Below, one piece after another: positions 22,370-35,494 of a DNA stretch of 64,000 nt. Source of the DNA: Lepidodermella squamata (taxonomy: Eukaryota; Animalia; Gastrotricha); NCBI GenBank assembly GCA_047495785.1, contig JBLDXI010000048.1, forward strand, positions 124,001-188,000. Direction: 5' to 3'. The notes under the pieces were generated by a model. It did no database searches. It had not been told where the DNA came from and saw nothing but the letters and a program-made list of their open reading frames with translations. Position 1 is the first letter of the stretch, and every line of letters begins with the position of its first letter. The position numbers and the translations under genes were made by a program.

Positions 22370-23468
22370 ATGAGTTTCTACGACGAAGACGCGCAGTGTC
22401 CGAAATGCCTGGCCACAAAGCTGAAAGATCCAAACTTGACCTTGCTAGTCAATGTTAGTCACATTTTCTTCGATTTCTCTGCCTTTCTATTGTTCGTCTG
22501 AAATTTAAGATTTGCGGCCATCCTTTGTGCAAAAACTGCGTCGAGATGATGTTTGTGCGCGGTTCAGCCGCCTGTCCAGAATGCAACCTGCCGCTAAAAC
22601 GAGCCGATTTTCGCCTGCGGCTGTTCGATGACGCCTACGTTGAAAAAGAGCTGGAAATTAGGCGGCGAATCACGAAAGAGTTCGTTTGAGTTCATTCATT
22701 TGGGTGCGACTGTTGAATTGCTATTTTCCAGCTTCAATAAACGAGAGGACGATTTCGAAAACCCTGACGAGTACAATGACTACTTGGAAATGATCGAAAC
22801 CATGAGTGAGTTGTAATTTCAACATTCTCGTATAACTTTATGTCGCTGTAGTTTTCAATCTAGCGAACAATGTCGACGTGAAGGAGACGAAAGAAATGAT
22901 CGAGCGTTACAAACGCGAAAACAAGGACACGATAAAGCGGAACAAGTTCAAGAAATCGAAAGATGAAGAGATTCTGGAGAGTCTCATTGCGGAGGAAACG
23001 GAGCGGAACCGTAAACTCACCGAGGCGTCGACAGCTGAGCGGCTGGCCGAAAAGCGGCGCCTGCAAAGCGACCGCGAGGCGTTGATCGAAGAGCTGATCA
23101 CGTCGAACGCGACGGCCGAGGAGATCATCGAGTCGCATTTGCAGGTGGCGAAGGAGAAGGCGAACGAGAAAGCGCGAACTGCGATGACCACGGCCGAGTT
23201 GGAGGCGGCCATGGCGAAACGGGCGCAGGCCGAGGCGACGCAGCTGTCGGCGGTTGAGTTGCTGGCGTCGGCGAGGGCGCGGCCGAAGATCGACACGGTG
23301 GGTCTGGCAATGCTGCTCGAGACCAGCGAGTTGGACGCGCTTGCAGACTACGTCGGGGCGTTGCGGCCGAGTCACGCGCACGAACGCGCCGGCGGCTATT
23401 CGATGGCGCTGGCGGCTCGGCGCATGCTCAACGAGGCGTTCAATGGTCTCTTCGTTCACGTCTATTGA
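22370..23468 (+). CDS. MNAT1: CDK-activating kinase assembly factor MAT1 (4 exons, three about 50-60 nt introns)
   Basis: RING (CPKC...LLVN/ICGHPLCKNC...CPEC), LFDDAYVEKELEIRRRI, FNKREDDF..YNDYLE, C-terminal AGGY...EAFNGLF. Confidence 0.93.
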
Positions 23469-25248
23469 TCTTTCCGTTTTTTAGTAAATATGTCAAATAA
23501 AATAACGCGATTTTTGAATTTGTTGTCTCGTGGGAATTAAATGGTTCTATCAATGGCTTTTGCTACCAATTGGATTCAATCAGTGAAGTCATTTCCAATA
23601 TTATTCAGGATTTTGCCGTCAGAGAAATTGACGTTTGCTAATGGGCAATGGGTGACGACCCCTTGCGTGGGTATTGAATAGAAAAAAGATTGCAGGTTTG
23701 CCTAAAACACATACGATTCACAAATCACAAGAAGGCTTCGTACGCGTCTCAAGTTTTCGGCGAGCGAAGTAGCCCAAAGAGCTGCTACTTCCTTTTTCTT
23801 GCGCTTCTTTGTTCGCATTCAACAAAAAATGCATGCTGCTCTCGTTAATGGAGTTTTTTGGCTCAGACAGTAGACAGTGTTCCGCTGAGCTATTCCAAAC
23901 TTCTACCAGCTTTCTGATCGAATCATGAACTGGGGTCACGTTCAGGCGTCAGTGATCCTTCCGGCAGTTTGCGCTACGTGTTGTTTGAATTACCCGATTC
24001 GTTTCGTGCACTCTGCGGCTAAGGCCCCGCGTCAACTTTACCCTAGCTGCAGGCAGCGCACAGTATTTCTCTTCTTCTCAGCCAAAAAGGCCGCAAACCC
24101 AAGAGAAAACGAAAGGTGAGATGAAAGAGGAAGATTCATTGTTGAAATCTGAAGGGAAACCTGATCTTTTAACCGATCTTCTTGATATCGAATCCCCTAC
24201 TGGATAGTCCGTGTTAGTCCGATCACGGACTAATAAGTCCCAGCCAGATAGGGGACTTGGTCAGGGTAATTGGAATTGACGGGCTTCATCTGGCTGACCT
24301 TAATCTTCGAGATAAAACAACCGGACCCATTTTTCACACATTGTACGCCGAGCTGCGGTGCCGGCAGGCTGTGGCTAAGCTTGGGCAGTCAACTCCGGAT
24401 GGGGTGTCAACTCATCAGTTACCAATCCTTTTGATGTTTATGGGTCAAGCGACTCAATCGTATGCTTTTTTCAATGTTCTACTCATATGCATAGATATCA
24501 GATTAACCTGATTAATCTTATCTCAATGCCCATAGGAAAGCTGGGAATATGCGTGATTTTGCGAGGTCGACTGTCACTCAATTTAGGGTCGGTCTTTGCA
24601 CTGATGCCGCCACAAGCTGCCTCTGACTAGTGACTAGCTTACAAAATATGCGCCAAGTGAGAACAAGTCTTAAGTCTTAGGCAATTGACCTTCGCGGCTA
24701 GATTTTGTAAATATCGAACAGATAACAGATATGGTGTCCTTGCGTTCCATTTCACGTTTCAACGTGATTTAATCGAGTTACAAATAAACTTCGTTTTCCA
24801 ATAATCGTCAGATCGAAATTGCAGGAATAGTCCGCGAATTTATGTTTTTCCGCGAATTTATGTTTTGGATCTTAAATGGTCAATTTTTATGAATTCTGAT
24901 TCTCGATTTGCGAGCTGATTTCCATCTGTATCATCGTCCCATCTATCAATCACGTGTTAATAGGAACGAATTCATCATTTATAGCAATGATTGACTGTCC
25001 TTCCGAGGGAAGAATTAACATTCCCAGGTGGTCAAGTTGACATAAACTGGAAGCAATGCCCATCCGGCAAGTTATTTTCCGAGAGACTTCTCTTGATCCG
25101 TGGTTAAGATATCTGTTCTATGTTGATTAGGAGATAATGTGCTCTTCAATCACATTTGGGATAAAATATCTCGCATCATCTTTTTATTAGAAATTTGCGA
25201 CATAAAACGAGACAACAGAAGATAGAGGACGAAATTTCGAGGTGAATT

Positions 25249-25973
25249 CTAGCCTGACTTGATTTGAACCAAGGATGACGATGACGCAAGTTCTTTAGCC
25301 GCTACTCGGTGGCAAATTCGTGTCAGCATGGGTATAGTTCGTGCCAATGGCCCGCCCACCTGCTGGAAACACCGCTCGAGCCGACGGCGGTGCTTCGCCA
25401 GTGCCATCTGAGTCATGGCCTTCTCGAGAGCTCGATAAACAATCGCCAACTCATTGGCGTGAAGTCGGGACGGATTCGCTAGCAGCTTCTTTATTCGACG
25501 CAAAATTGCTGAAGAAAATAAAATTTTCCTTTCAATTTTAAAAATTCACTTCGGAAACTAAATTGTGACTGTATTGGTTGATTGGCGAAGTTCGAGGAAA
25601 TTTTCAGAAAATAAATAATTTTCGATCTACAAATGTGTGATTTCGGTTTTATTCGAAATTTGAAAAAATATGCCGGATTTTGAAACTTAAATTCAAACTG
25701 AAAACACGATAATTTGACCTTGAAAAAGGTTATTGGCAAATCGCAAGAAGTTGGGAAATTTACTCAATATGACTGCTACATTTTTTAATTTCAAGTGTAA
25801 ATGTAAAAAGAGGTTAGCAACCAACTTTGCGTGGAGAATTTGCGATTTTTCGCTGCTTTCAAGGCCATATCGATGGGTGATTTCTGACGGCGATCACCTG
25901 GTTTGGCAGCTTCGAGCGCCATCACAGCTACGAACAGCAGCAGGATGGCGACAAAAAATGCCGATTTTAGCAT
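25249..25973 (-). CDS. Orphan secreted cationic precursor, about 135 aa (exons 25973-25826, 25508-25249)
   Basis: Clear signal peptide MLKSAFFVAILLLFVAVMALEA; phase-1 GT-AG join fuses two ORFs; basic clusters RR, RK, KK, RRR; one Cys pair. Confidence 0.65.
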
Positions 25974-26094
25974 GCTAATTTGAAGTGAAAAAACCGACTA
26001 GGCGTGTTTCAACTTCGCGTAGGTACTTTTTAAGAGAACGAACGCATGAAACACCCCTGCGAAATTACGGACACGGCAGCCGCGCGGACTCGAG

Positions 26095-26130
26095 ATGAGT
26101 AATGACTCATGACAGGTGGCGTGACGTCAA
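26095..26130. promoter_or_regulatory. AP-1 (TGACTCA, 26103-26109) and CRE (TGACGTCA, 26122-26129) cluster upstream of the secreted-peptide gene
   Basis: Perfect consensus sites 130-160 bp upstream of the ATG, plus a near-AP-1 TGAGTAA and a TATA-like TTAAAAA at about 26027-26033 on the minus strand. Confidence 0.5.
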
Positions 26131-26962
26131 ATGCACTACTGCCACGTCTAAATTTAGCAGGGTCACTATTAATTACTCGGAACCGGCTAATTTCCACGAA
26201 AAAATGCATCGGCTTATCATATCACTAGCGCATTTTTATTTTTCATCTTCCCACGGTTTTTTATTCTGACAACTGAAACACGAGTTAGTATCAAGATCCA
26301 CTGGTTGCAGAGAGAAAACGCGTGACATACGACACAGCTAATAAGGATTCGATGAACATCAGCAGAAAAATTAGCCAACGCCTTGGAAATCTCATTCAGA
26401 AAAACACGATCACTCATCACATCATAGATCCGAAGTTGAAGAAGAATTCGTCATATAATAATAATAATAGATTATCAATTTTTCGAAATTTCTCACTCAC
26501 AACGCGAAGTTTTTTTTACTATTAAGAGAACCGAAATTCGAGTTGGAAAGGCTACGGGAGCAAAAATGAGCACAATATGCAGAGTTGTCACAATATTTCA
26601 ATATTTCGCCGAGTATATTTTGCATCAAAAAAAGATATTTTGCCGGTTTTTCGGTTGAAAAGACGCGGAAAAAACGTAAGTCTTGAGTATAAACAATAGT
26701 AATGATAGGCAGCAAAGCTACGTCAAGCAGTTTTCGTTTCACGACAGCACAACAATGCAAGAATAAATTAGAATATATAGATTATATATTATATACAAGG
26801 CATTTAGCAGTACAACCATTTTATCGTATATTTTTGCATCACATTCAAAAGTACTCAGGGCTCTCAGTCACGTTAAACTTGTCACGTTATCGCTCAAAAA
26901 TGTCGCAATCGTGAAATCCCGTGAAATCAAGCGGAAACAATGGCGAAGAGTGCCACAATTTC

Positions 26963-26984
26963 GGGGGGGGGGGGGGGGGGGGGG
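26963..26984 (+). repeat. Poly-G tract (22 G)
   Basis: Direct read; G-quadruplex-capable homopolymer in AT-rich intergenic DNA. Confidence 0.9.
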
Positions 26985-27514
26985 TTAAATTTTATTTAGA
27001 TTCATTGAAATTCCTGATTTTGATCATCTATCCAATAAATGAAATTCAAAACTTTTTGGACTCGGAAAATATATGAACTTCTTTTCCTAACCTTTCTTAA
27101 TTTTGCGCCCGGAAAAACAAAGAAAATTTAGTTCCAAATAAATGTCAGAAATCATTATTTTAAATTCAAAATAATCTGAAAAAAAACTTGAGCCTCTCAA
27201 CTTTGGAGGAACATATTCAGGAGTTTTCGATAAGGAATTTCAGCAAGGCGCAATTTTCGGAGTATGCTCCATGATGAAATATTTTTTTTATCCCCAAAAC
27301 TTGGCCATTAAATACTAAAATGTCGTCCCTAACTTTATATAATTCAGTTTTCCGACCAGAAATTATAGGCAAAATTTCGCAAGTTTCCGCTTGAATATGA
27401 AAAATTTCGTGTTACAATCCACAAAAAACAGCAAAAAACGCACAAGATTTCAAACACAGAAAATATTATTTCTTCTAAATATATTATTATCGCTAAATTT
27501 GAGGCCGCGTGCCA

Positions 27515-30500
27515 CTATTCGTCGTCGTTGTCACTCCGCCGCTTTTTCCTGCGCTTCACCGACTCGTCTTTGGAGCGCGCCGCAGAAGGAGCGAAAACCG
27601 AGCATTGCGTCGCAAAGGCCGCGTCTTCGCCCATCGCCATGCAATTCGTTAGAACCGGCTCGGCGATCGATTTGCCGGGCAACAACGGCTTACCGGGCCA
27701 TTCCTTCGACGCCAGCAGTTTCGACTCGTCGCCGCTGCACGTCTCCTTGAGAACCGAGGCGATAGTCGACGAGGGCAGGGCGTCGTTGGTGACGGCAACG
27801 ACAAGCGGCGCGCCTTCAACGCACGCCCCGACTAGAATGTTCGGCCGATTTTCGCCAGCCAGCATTTTCGAGGCGATGAGGCTGAGGCCGCTCGGTGAGA
27901 TCAGCGTGTAGCTGTCGGCGGCTGCGAATGCGAACGCCGTGCCGTGCAGGCGCATCTCTTGCGCGGCTGTTAGGCAGTCGGCGGCGCCCGGCTTCGCTTC
28001 GACCATCGACAACTGGTATTTCTGGGCGGTTTCTACGACGGCCTCGTCGTTGATGAGTTTTCTCGATACGCAGAAGACGTGGCGGTTGAGGTAGGGCTTG
28101 TACAACAGGTCCAGTCGACGCATGGTTGCGGCGAGCGCGTCCGGTTTCGAAATGCTGGCTAGGCCGAATAGCATCGTCAGGTCGTTGAAGCTGGCCGGTG
28201 CCCAGTTCGGAGAAATCTAAATTTGAAAAAAATACAAAAAAATTGATCTGACAAATTCTACACGATTTCTCGGGTTAGCACAAAAATTTCCAAGATATTC
28301 TCAAATAATATTCAAATTTTAGAAGCACCAAAAATCATGATTTAAATCAGGTAAAATTCGTAAAATCGACAAAATTTACAGAAAAATCGGTGTGAATCAT
28401 CCGTAAGTTATCGAGCCAATCTGCCAAACGGGGATTTGCCCGAAGAAGAAGATCGAAATGGTTCTAATTTTAGATCGTAACTTGTCAATGCTTTCATTAT
28501 AATATATTGTCTTATAGTGGTGATTTTAGTCAGCGGGCGGATTTTTGGTCGGATTGGTCGGCCTCAGGCAAATAACACTAATCCATTTCGAAACCAACAG
28601 CGAGGTTTTCGATGAGGAAGGCGGGAAATCCTTCTTCGACCTTCATCTGCTGCTAATGAGCCAACCTGGCCAGTGTGGCGGCAATCGTGAGATCAGGCGA
28701 TCAACATGAAACTTGGTTTCAAGGTTTCACGTTGGGGCTTATGAATAATTGCATGTCCAAATCTGGGCAATGGGACGATTATACTATAATTATGGATTTT
28801 GTCCTGTACACTCGAAAGGTCACGACCCATCTATCGTTTCGACTTCACGATATGTCCTGAACTGACTACGTCTTTCGGCACGATTTTTTTCTACTACACG
28901 CTGGAATTCTTGTACCAGCAGGAGAATACTGAACCCTGGCCAGCTTTTACTCTGATCGAACCCATTCGAAAATTTGTGGTCGATGATGAAGCATTCGAAA
29001 GCACGTTACCGCACCGACAAACGTCGAAGAACTCAAGAAATTTGAATTCCATGTTTGGCAAGAACACCGATCGAATACATTGATAGCCTCTACGAGTCGA
29101 TGCCTCGGCGCACGGCTGCCATCATCAAGGCCAAGGGTGGGCCAATCAATTACTGAATGCAACAGGTCTTTTCAAATTAATTTTATAATTCCAACTTAAT
29201 GCGAAACGTTTGAACCCCTAAATCGCGTTTAATTGAGTTAAGTAACGTTTTCAATGGGTTGACAAGAAGTTTTACTCAGATATATTTTCGCACCAAATTC
29301 TGCAAAATTTATCATGCACTCTCGCTATTAAATATCTTTTAATTAAATTTTCAATGAATCGTTGCCGACAAACATTTTTGTGAGCTCATGCGATGTGCGT
29401 TAGACTCGAGCTTTAAGCCGAATTTCGACTTGCTGTGCCGCAAGATAAACTTTGAAGGATGAGTAAATTGACGACGAGTTCATATCGAGAATATGATGAT
29501 GTAATAGTGAATGAGAGGAATTGAGAGTAAAAATTGAATAAAATGACTGAGGGAAATTCAATTTTCAATTCTTTTATTACTAATTTTAATAGACCTAATT
29601 TATTTTGTTAATATTTTTTTATTTCATCTTTTTTTATCAACAAAATATTTGACAATTTGACTCACTTGGCTATTGGGCAGGCGGGCGCAGCGGTGCAGCA
29701 GCGAGTGGCTGGGGTCGCCGCGCTTCGGCCCGAGCGCGTCCGGCAGTTGCGGATGCGCCGGCACGGTCGTCGGCATCTCGACCGGGTACAGCCGCGCCGC
29801 CCGCCGCGCGCTGTCCGCGTCCAAACAGTCCGCCAGCTCGCCGCGCTTCGGCAACGGGTAGCCGATGCGGCGCAGATCGGCGACCCACGCCGCCACAGCA
29901 CTGGCGTCATGCGGCAGCACGAACGAGTCCTTCGAGGTGGCGAGCACGCGGTACACGGTCTCGAAGCACTCGCCGACATCGGCGGATTCGTCACAATGCC
30001 ATGCTGATAGCGTTTTCACGAGATTCTCGACGTCCAGATACAACTTCATCTCATCCTAAAACAGAAAAAATGTAGAATTTCATACAAAATTGAAGCCATT
30101 CAGTAGAATTTTTCGAATCGAATAGAAAAGCAGCTATAACAGCTTCTTCCCTATCTTTTCCTATATTACAACCTCTTCAATGTCACATGAAGCATCAGAA
30201 ATGTTGTCACGCCCCAATCGAGTTGAAACTATCCTTTCAGCACTGAACAATAATTAATTCAACCTCAATTCGTCGCGGCCCTGGGACTTGACCAGTGATG
30301 ATGCCCGCATGTTCAACGAAACGGCAACTGTTGAAGCCGTTAGAACCCTCTACGTCACGCGGTATCACGCGGTTGTCTTCAATGCAGACGTGCCCGAGGG
30401 CCCGCCAAGAGCTCAATTAGTCGGAAAGACGACGTACTCCAGGGGCAAAACCACCTGTTGAGCAAACCGATTTATTTATATGGCACAAACTGCTTTCTCA

Positions 30501-33500
30501 CCTAAATCCCAAGGACGTGAAACGGATGGCTGCTCTACAGGGTGTTTCATAAAAAACCGAACTCCTATAAAAATGTACTGCTGCTGCGCGTTATCGATTT
30601 TTTTCGCGAGCGCATTTTTTTCTACAAAAATGCACCAAAACCGCACGGTCACCGCAAATTATACGCATTTCTCCGAGAGAAAGCCATGCGGTAGCAGCAA
30701 CAAAATTCGCGGTGTTTCAGGCACATTTTCAGTTACAGTATGAGTTTTACACGGTGAAAACAAAATTCCTCCGGTAAATTCGCATATTTTATTACGATCT
30801 ACATTTTCACCTAAAGTTTACACGAAAATTCGTTAGTGACAAGTTGTTTGCGGCTTCTCTATTACCAAAAATTCTATTTTTGCATCAAAATCAGCAAATA
30901 AACCGCCATTTTTATTGAACGGATGGCCCCTTTCAAACGCAGCGCGACGAAGTCCTGGCCGTTCGCGCTCCGGTATCGAGCCCGACTGGGAAGCGGGTCT
31001 GCCTGGATCTCGGATTGCGCTTAATGGAATGAATTCAAACAAATACCGCAATAGTGGACAGAGGGGATACAGGCAAGGGCAGATGTCAACCCGAGTGCGG
31101 CGGAGTGAACAATAGGTAGGTAAAAGTGTATTTATGTGCACTTCTAGCTCCGCCGAGCTCGGGCATCGGCATGATACTCGAGCGAAAAGAGCGATGATCA
31201 GTTCCACACTATGGCCAGATTCGGGGGTTCCACACTAGGACAGCCCAAGTACGGCGAGAAGCGAGAACCCAACGTTTTCCGCCGCACTCGAGCCGACACC
31301 TCGGCTGGCACGTGTGCGAGCCGAGATTTGGTAAAATTCGTTGAATTTACAGTGTCGCATACAGGCATGTTCTAGGGAAACCCGAGCGCGGAGTGGCAAA
31401 GCGCCGTTATCCAACCGCACACAGGCCGGCTAAAAAGCGAACTGGCCGAAATCGGACTTGGGATAGGGCCCCATCACCCATCACCAAACAGCACTAAGAG
31501 CTTTTCCATCACAGAAAATTGAAGTTGTTCCAATCCAATCCATTCTTTTTGACGGACAAGCCGCCATTCATGTATAACATGCTAGTAGTGGAAGCTATGA
31601 CGCGATTGTTATCCGACGACGCTGAATCTAAGATATTATATTTCGAAACTAGCATAGCTATGTGAAGTCTTATGTTCATGCGGCTCATCTAATGCCGAAG
31701 AAAATGATTAAGCTTCACCCACCTGTCTTGGATGCCTTGGGTCTGACAGAAATGACGATCATGGGGCAAAGGAATGGGCTGCCACTATGTGGCTACGTCG
31801 AGTTCGCATTTGACCGTTGCTATGCTTTCATTGACAACAACTACATTTTCCGTGTTGTTAATCCATTTTTAACCGGTCTAAGTGTCGTTGAGCCGTTGAA
31901 AACATACGACCAGCATGTACGAAAGTTGCTTGCCCATCTTCCTGTGCAACCAAGTGTCAACAATAAGGTTGGTCTGGATGACATCAAACCATTGAAGATT
32001 TTCTCACAACCGGCTGATGAGAGACAATCAATATTCGGCAGTTACCCTTATTTCTTCCCTAGTCGAATATTTCACTGTCGTTTTGCCGTTGATCCACTTT
32101 CAGTTTGCCTGAAAAGTCCTGAAAACCTAAGAAACCACACACTCCGAGGTTAAACGCCACGAGGGAACTGCAGATAACGTTATTTTTCTACGGTGAAACT
32201 TGTTCAATTTCCTATAGGAACATTTGCTCAAATTTTCAAAACTTTGCACCGTCGTTTCACCGTTGATCTACTCGCAGTTTACCTTAAAACTGCTAAAAAA
32301 TATAGGAAATCGCACACTTAAACCCACTCCAAAGCTAAATGGAAGAATGCACGGCAATAGTTTTGACGGCAATGTTAGTCTTTATCATCGAGGATAATTT
32401 AGGTTAAATTTCACAGAAATTGACCGCAGGTTAACCGTGAATTCACCGTGAACACACCGTAAAATGCCACGTTTTCACCGTAGAAATGCCGCATTCCTGC
32501 CGCTTTTCTTCTCCCCGCGACACAGCAAAAAATAACATGGCGCATGGAAAATCGATAACGGCAGTACTTTTCTTATATTATTTATGCATGCTAATATAAG
32601 GCTCATCTCGTACGGTTTTTTATGAAACACCCTGTAGGTCTTATCAAGACGAAAGGCAAACTTTCAAATTCTCAATGCGAAGCTTTTAAAGCTACTGGAA
32701 GTTGGCCGTCCATTTCCGAGCGGCCCACAGCAAAATCTGACCCTAACCCCAACACCTCAAAGTATGCATAAACGACTCAGAATTCGATGCTGCATCGGAA
32801 TACAGGCTCTAGAGATGGATGTGACGGCGTTGAAAGATGATAACAATGATCTGAGGAACAGAATTCAAGCTCTTGAGCAGAATGTGGGTTTCTATGTTTT
32901 GTTGAAACGATCTGGAGAAGGACAATAAGGCGTTTGACGTAAATATATTTTTGGAAATAGATCGGTACCAATTGATGCGAAAGTTAAATGCCTTTAAGGC
33001 GTGGTAGGTGCAACAATCATGCATGCGTGCGAAAGCTGGACGATGACGGTCGAGGAATCACGACGTGTTGACGTAGCGTATATGCGATATTTAAGGCGAA
33101 TTTGCGGAATTACTTTTAGGGATAAAATCCGGAATGAAAACATACGGCGCATTTGCGGCGTTGAGAAGCTCACTACTAAAATAGATAGACGCCAACTGCG
33201 TTGGCATGGTCATGTAACTCGCATGGACTCTAGACGGTTGACGAAACAAATGCGGTACTGGCAACCTCCGACAGATTGGAGACGACCCCAAGGGCGACCA
33301 AAATTGAGATGGATTGATGGAATCAAAAAGCGTTTACATAAAATTGGATTGATAATTTGGACGAGGCCGACGCCCAGGCTCAGGATAGAATTAGTTGGCG
33401 GCAAAAAAATTCATAGCTATTTCGGTTGATTTCAACATTTTTTATTTTTTGAATTGGACTGGCAACCATGATCGGTAGCTTTCCACAGGTCCTCTCCCGA

Positions 33501-35494
33501 CACTCGGTTCGTCTAGCGTGGGGATAAAAATAAAGACTGCGCTAGGCGGGCTGGGTACACCGGGGTGAATTTTATTTTATAATTTTCCTTCCAATTTGCT
33601 ATTCCTTGTTGTTAATCTTTGTTCTGTATTTTATCGGTAAAAGAAGGAAAATATAAAATACAGATTATGTTGAGTAATCTTATGTTATGTTGAAACGAGA
33701 TATCGATTGCAGGATAAATTACTAAAAATGGGAGCTCATGGCTTAATGGTTAAGCGGCGGCTGTGCTTCTCTGCAGGTCAGTGGTTCGCATCCAAGTCAC
33801 GGCGCGTGTGTAACAGAGCAGCGCACTTAACCCCTACTACTCCTACTGCTAACTTCCAGCGGGCAAGTGGATGAAAAGCTCAAAAATTGGCGCAATTGAT
33901 TGGAGAAAAAAGAGCAAAGACAATGAACTAATGCATACCTTGAAGTCTTTCAGGTAATCGTGCGGATTGCGCGCCTGGAACGCGTTCGGCGCCACGTAGC
34001 CTTTGCGGGAGCCGACCGACCACAGCATGCGCTGGCCGATGTACGCGCGCCAGATGTCCGTCTCGCGCATCGTCACCGTGTACGGCAGGAAGATGAACGG
34101 AATCGCCGTCTGCGTGAACAGCGTGTTCTGCGAGTTCGACTGGATGTAGTAGCCCTGCGGCGCCATGACGGCCGGCGCACGGTCGAACGTGATGTTGATC
34201 TCGGTGGGCATGTGCTTCCGCGTCAACCGGTAGATCGCGTCCACATCAGGGTCCCCATTCACCACACCCTGGATCCACGCCGGCGGCCGGGTTGAGCAGA
34301 GGCGGTAGTTGCGGAGTGGGGCTCGTGAGATTTCTCGCAGGGGGTAGCCACGTGGCCACAGGAGCGACTGGCCGAAATGCGGCAGTGGGTTGATGACTGG
34401 CATGGCGAGTTTGCCGGGGGCAAAGTACAGCGAACGGGTGGCATTGCGTGGAATCGAACCTTTCCGGCCATTGAATTCAACACCTGAGAAATTGAAAATG
34501 GAAAAATTAGATGCCGATAGTTTAGATCAAAATTATCATCATTTTTAGTTGCTTGAAGTTTGCTCCGTTTTCACAATTATTTTATAAAATTGCGAAAAAA
34601 TCCCAGAAATTTGTTTCAGTTATACCTGCAAGGTCTAGCATGGATTTGAGCTCATCCGTCGGGTGGTTGTCATCGTCCGTGTCGTAGATGATTTTCGCGC
34701 CGTGGTGAATCGCAAACATGTAGCCGACGTTCTTCGCTGCGTACACCTTCCACTTGTGGTAGCGCATCAAATTGTAGCCGAGCCCATCCGCCTCCTTCGC
34801 TGACAGGTACCGAACGCCCGGCGGCGGCTGCCAGTCGGCAGGTGTCGATTTGTCACCAACGGCCAACACTCGCCAGCCATATTTGGACATTTCACCTTGA
34901 GAAAATAAATACGAAATTTAACAGCGTAATTGTAAAAAAATTGAAAAAAATAAAAAATATCTTTGATTGAAGAATTTTATTAAAATTACAAATTTAATGT
35001 AAATTAGACTGAAAAATCGAATTTTTTTCACTGATTGCTTTCTAATATTTCAATTCAGTAAATTCCAAAATCCAAGGAAATTCTTGAAAAATTCTCCAAA
35101 TTATATGAAGTTTTATTCAACTATTCTTTGTGATTCAAATATTTTTCAGAACTTTATTTAAAAAATCCTATTTATTTTTTCATCTCGGAAAAAGCTATGT
35201 TTTAGTTTTACCTAGTAAGCGCATGTCCTCGGTTGGCTTTTGAATTGTCGTAACGACGACCCATCGCTCAGACAGTTGTTCACCCTTCAACGGCGGCAAC
35301 GGACTCATATCGAACGCATTTTTGTCAACTTGAACAACGACGTTGCTCGACTGCGGAGAATTCGATGAACCGGCGTTATCGAACGAGGACGATGAAGACG
35401 ATCTCGGAGACAGCCAGTAGTAAATTGCGACGAATAGGACGAAAATAAAGGCGATCAACAGAAGCAAACGCAGCCGCGGCACAGAACTAGCCAT
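27515..35494 (-). CDS. STELLO/DUF288-family type II membrane glycosyltransferase, paralog A (5 exons: about 35494-35212, 34895-34626, 34483-33939, 30055-29666, 28216-27515)
   Basis: N-terminal TM, RWVVVTTIQ.PT, W.VLAVGDKSTP, KNVGYMFAIHHGAKIIYDTDDDN, WPRGYPL, IQGVVNGDPDVDAIYRLT, NSQNTLF, MRETDIWR, RNPHDYLKDF.DE; all splices keep the frame. Confidence 0.88.
28780..29157 (+). mobile_element. Degenerate Tc1-family transposase C-terminal fragment (intron of paralog A)
   Basis: YQQEN (like FQQDN), frameshifted WP...NPIENLW-like segment, terminal SMPRRTAAIIKAKGGPINY-stop. Confidence 0.8.
30538..32634. mobile_element. Non-autonomous Tc1/mariner element (about 2.1 kb)
   Basis: TIR CAGGGTGTTTCATAAAAAACCG / CGGTTTTTTATGAAACACCCTG, TA on both sides, subterminal imperfect inverted repeats, no transposase motifs. 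Confidence 0.9.
32800..33400 (+). mobile_element. RTE-clade LINE ORF C-terminal fragment
   Basis: ACESWT...MRYLRRICGITFRDKIRNENIR...QLRWHGHVTRM...RRPQGRPKLRWID. Confidence 0.85.
33730..33842 (+). mobile_element. tRNA-derived SINE-like head
   Basis: A box TGGCTTAATGGT and B box GGTTCGCATCC at tRNA spacing without a cloverleaf. Confidence 0.5.

Noticed and set aside
24250-24800. Possible LINE RT relic (LKKAYD*V on the minus strand)
   Set aside because: A single short motif with a stop; too weak to list as a feature.
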